This document shows positions 62,402-64,000 of a stretch of 64,000 nt of DNA, piece after piece. The stretch is from IMG/VR virus record IMGVR_UViG_3300031992_000020; one strand, written 5' to 3'. The notes beneath the pieces are model-generated. The model worked only from the letters and a program-made list of their open reading frames with translations. It did no database searches and had not been told where the DNA came from. The stretch is from a virus (Duplodnaviria > Heunggongvirae > Uroviricota > Caudoviricetes). The first letter of the stretch is position 1. Each line of letters opens with the position of its first letter. The position numbers were made by a program, and so were the translations under genes.

Positions 62402-63295
62402 ATGAAAATTAAATTACTTTTAACAAGAGATGAGAATATTAAACATTACAATGCCAGTGAAGTAATGATTGATATTGAAGAGTATGTGCGCGGCGTTGTT
62501 GCATCGGAAATCGGCAACGCCGCACTTGAAGCCTGCAAAGCACAAGCTGTTGCGGCTCGCACTTTTGCTCTTATAAAACATAGCAAGGGGTCACGAATTA
62601 CTGATAAAAGTAGTTCTGACCAAGCTTTTCGCGCGTCAAGACTTTCCAATTCGTATGCTAATGTGCTGCTAGCTACGAAAGAAACTGCGGGCCAAGTCTT
62701 GTATTATAATGGTAAATTAGTTACCACGTGTTCTTATTCTAACTCAAATGGAGGACGTATTAAATCGTCAAAAGAAGTTTGGGGTGGAGAAAGAGCATGG
62801 CTGATTTCCAAAGAAGATCCATATGATCATGGACCTGGAAACGGTCATGGTGTTGGGATGTCTCAGTATGGCGCGAAAGAAATGGCTCGGTTAGGATTTA
62901 ATTATAAACAAATTTTACAATTTTATTATCCTAACACAGACCTAAAAAATGATTATGGATCTATACCACAAGAACCAGAGGTGATTAAAGTGGCATATCA
63001 AGCTAAAATAACAGCTCCTTCTGGGAAAACTGTTAATATGCGGCAAAGTGCATCGACGTCTGCACCAGTAATTGTTCCAATTGCTATTGGAGAAATTGTT
63101 GATGTGGTAAGTGTCACAGGAGAATGGTCACAAATCACATGGTGTAACAAATCTGGCTACATGATGAGTAAGTATCTTGCAAAAGTTGATGGAACTGAAA
63201 AAAATAAAATTTGGTATGTCAAGATAGAATGTGACAGCGAAGAGCAAGCAAAAGCCTTCGCGCAAATCCTCAAAAAGGCGAAAGCAGCCACTTGA
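62402..63295 (+). CDS. Endolysin: SpoIID/LytB-type lytic transglycosylase plus SH3b cell-wall-binding domain
   Basis: EEYVRGVVASE...KAQAVAART, YSNSNGG, GHGVGMSQYGA...GFNYKQILQFYYP, then the SH3b-like VNMRQSAS...GEWSQI...GYMMSKYL. No TAG, ends in TGA. Confidence 0.85.
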   Translation: MKIKLLLTRDENIKHYNASEVMIDIEEYVRGVVASEIGNAALEACKAQAVAARTFALIKHSKGSRITDKSSSDQAFRASRLSNSYANVLLATKETAGQVLYYNGKLVTTCSYSNSNGGRIKSSKEVWGGERAWLISKEDPYDHGPGNGHGVGMSQYGAKEMARLGFNYKQILQFYYPNTDLKNDYGSIPQEPEVIKVAYQAKITAPSGKTVNMRQSASTSAPVIVPIAIGEIVDVVSVTGEWSQITWCNKSGYMMSKYLAKVDGTEKNKIWYVKIECDSEEQAKAFAQILKKAKAAT

Positions 63296-63581
63296 ATTTA
63301 GTAAGAAGTTAACGATAGCGGATATAATCGTTTATCTTGCTCTTACTTTAATCTTGATGGGTTTATTATTTTTTAATCCAGAACTTGAAGCTTTTGCAGG
63401 GACCATTTTTGCGTATTTAACCACGACTTATGTATCATTGCGTCTCGGTTATACAGCAAAAGCCGGTGTAGAAAACTACAAAAAAATTGCTGAGAACTAT
63501 AAAGCAATCGCGGAACTCATGCCGATCGATGAAGAAGAGGAAGATGATGAGCCTAGCGATGAAGAAGAAAGCTTAGGCTGA
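63231..63581 (+). CDS. Putative holin (start uncertain)
   Basis: Basic N-terminus, EFSKK motif, two hydrophobic helices and an acidic C-terminal tail. It is adjacent to the endolysin and ends in TGA. Confidence 0.6.
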   Translation: MTAKSKQKPSRKSSKRRKQPLEFSKKLTIADIIVYLALTLILMGLLFFNPELEAFAGTIFAYLTTTYVSLRLGYTAKAGVENYKKIAENYKAIAELMPIDEEEEDDEPSDEEESLG

Positions 63582-63603
63582 TCACAAGAAAGGGTGAGTT
63601 ATC

Positions 63604-64000
63604 ATGGTTACTTGGGCGATGGTTCTTGAAACGGCCATCAAATGGTTAATTCCGGTTATATGTGTAGCTATTGTAGGTTTAATCACAGCTCATGTTATTA
63701 AACCATATAAAGCGGGCAACGCTGCAAAACAACAAGAGGAATGGGATGCACATTTTGCTGCGTCTAATAAGCCTCGTGAAATGTGTGATCGTGAGCTTCA
63801 AAGCACAAAGACTGAATTAAGAACTACTCTCACAGATGCAGATACTCAAATATTAGAGCAGATTAAAACTATTAGCTCTAATATAGAAAAGTAGAACGAG
63901 CAAAATAAAATGCACAATGAAAAAGTAGATAAGTCTATTAATTTAATTCAACAAGGTGTTTTAGATGCTCATTTACAAAATCTTATTGCAACATGTCAAG
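63604..64000 (+). CDS. Membrane-anchored coiled-coil protein of the lysis region (3'-partial; code 15)
   Basis: N-terminal transmembrane helix (WLIPVICVAIVGLITAHVI). After the TAG at 63892-63894 the frame stays open to the window end (IEK-Q-NEQNKMHNEK...GVLDAHLQ). Confidence 0.65.

Noticed and set aside
1-64000. Pseudogenisation or sequencing error as the cause of the fragmented ORFs
   Set aside because: The breaks are exclusively TAG and the frame never shifts. Random decay in AT-rich DNA would produce TAA and TGA stops and indels.
1-64000. TAG as pyrrolysine or occasional readthrough
   Set aside because: Dozens of TAGs per essential gene make leaky readthrough implausible, and the sequence contexts fit Gln.
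1-64000. Suppressor tRNA, CRISPR array, integrase, transposase or DGR reverse transcriptase
   Set aside because: I saw none. The intergenic gaps are short and are accounted for by terminators, RBSs and the intron. Any recoding machinery must lie outside this window or in the host.

Overview
This window is the late (morphogenesis and lysis) region of a large tailed phage, probably siphovirus-like (no sheath gene seen) and probably infecting Firmicutes. Every credible gene is on the + strand. The supplied ORF track is fragmented because the phage uses genetic code 15 (TAG = Gln). Nearly all breaks are in-frame TAG codons, the frame continues across them, and every real gene ends in TAA or TGA. 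Read in code 15, the order is: terminase C-terminus, PD-(D/E)XK protein, portal, protease/scaffold, decoration protein, major capsid, neck and tail-completion genes, major tail tube, a ~4,518-aa tape measure protein, a ~2,445-aa tail-tip protein, baseplate proteins, several tail fibres, a ~2,566-aa adhesin/kinase protein, two BppU-like paralogs, and a SpoIID-SH3b endolysin with holin-like genes. Highlights: (1) a zinc-motif plus Hint (BIL-like, self-cleaving) domain near the end of the tape measure protein; (2) an ORF-less group I intron (32713-32994) in the tail-tip gene, which is the only hard TAA/TGA interruption I found inside a reconstructed gene; (3) a CotH-like kinase inside a lectin/LRR tail protein; (4) a TAG-free gene with its own consensus sigmaA promoter and terminator, nested in the recoded late region. 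Gene boundaries and codon counts were read by hand, and family assignments come from motif recognition, not database searches.
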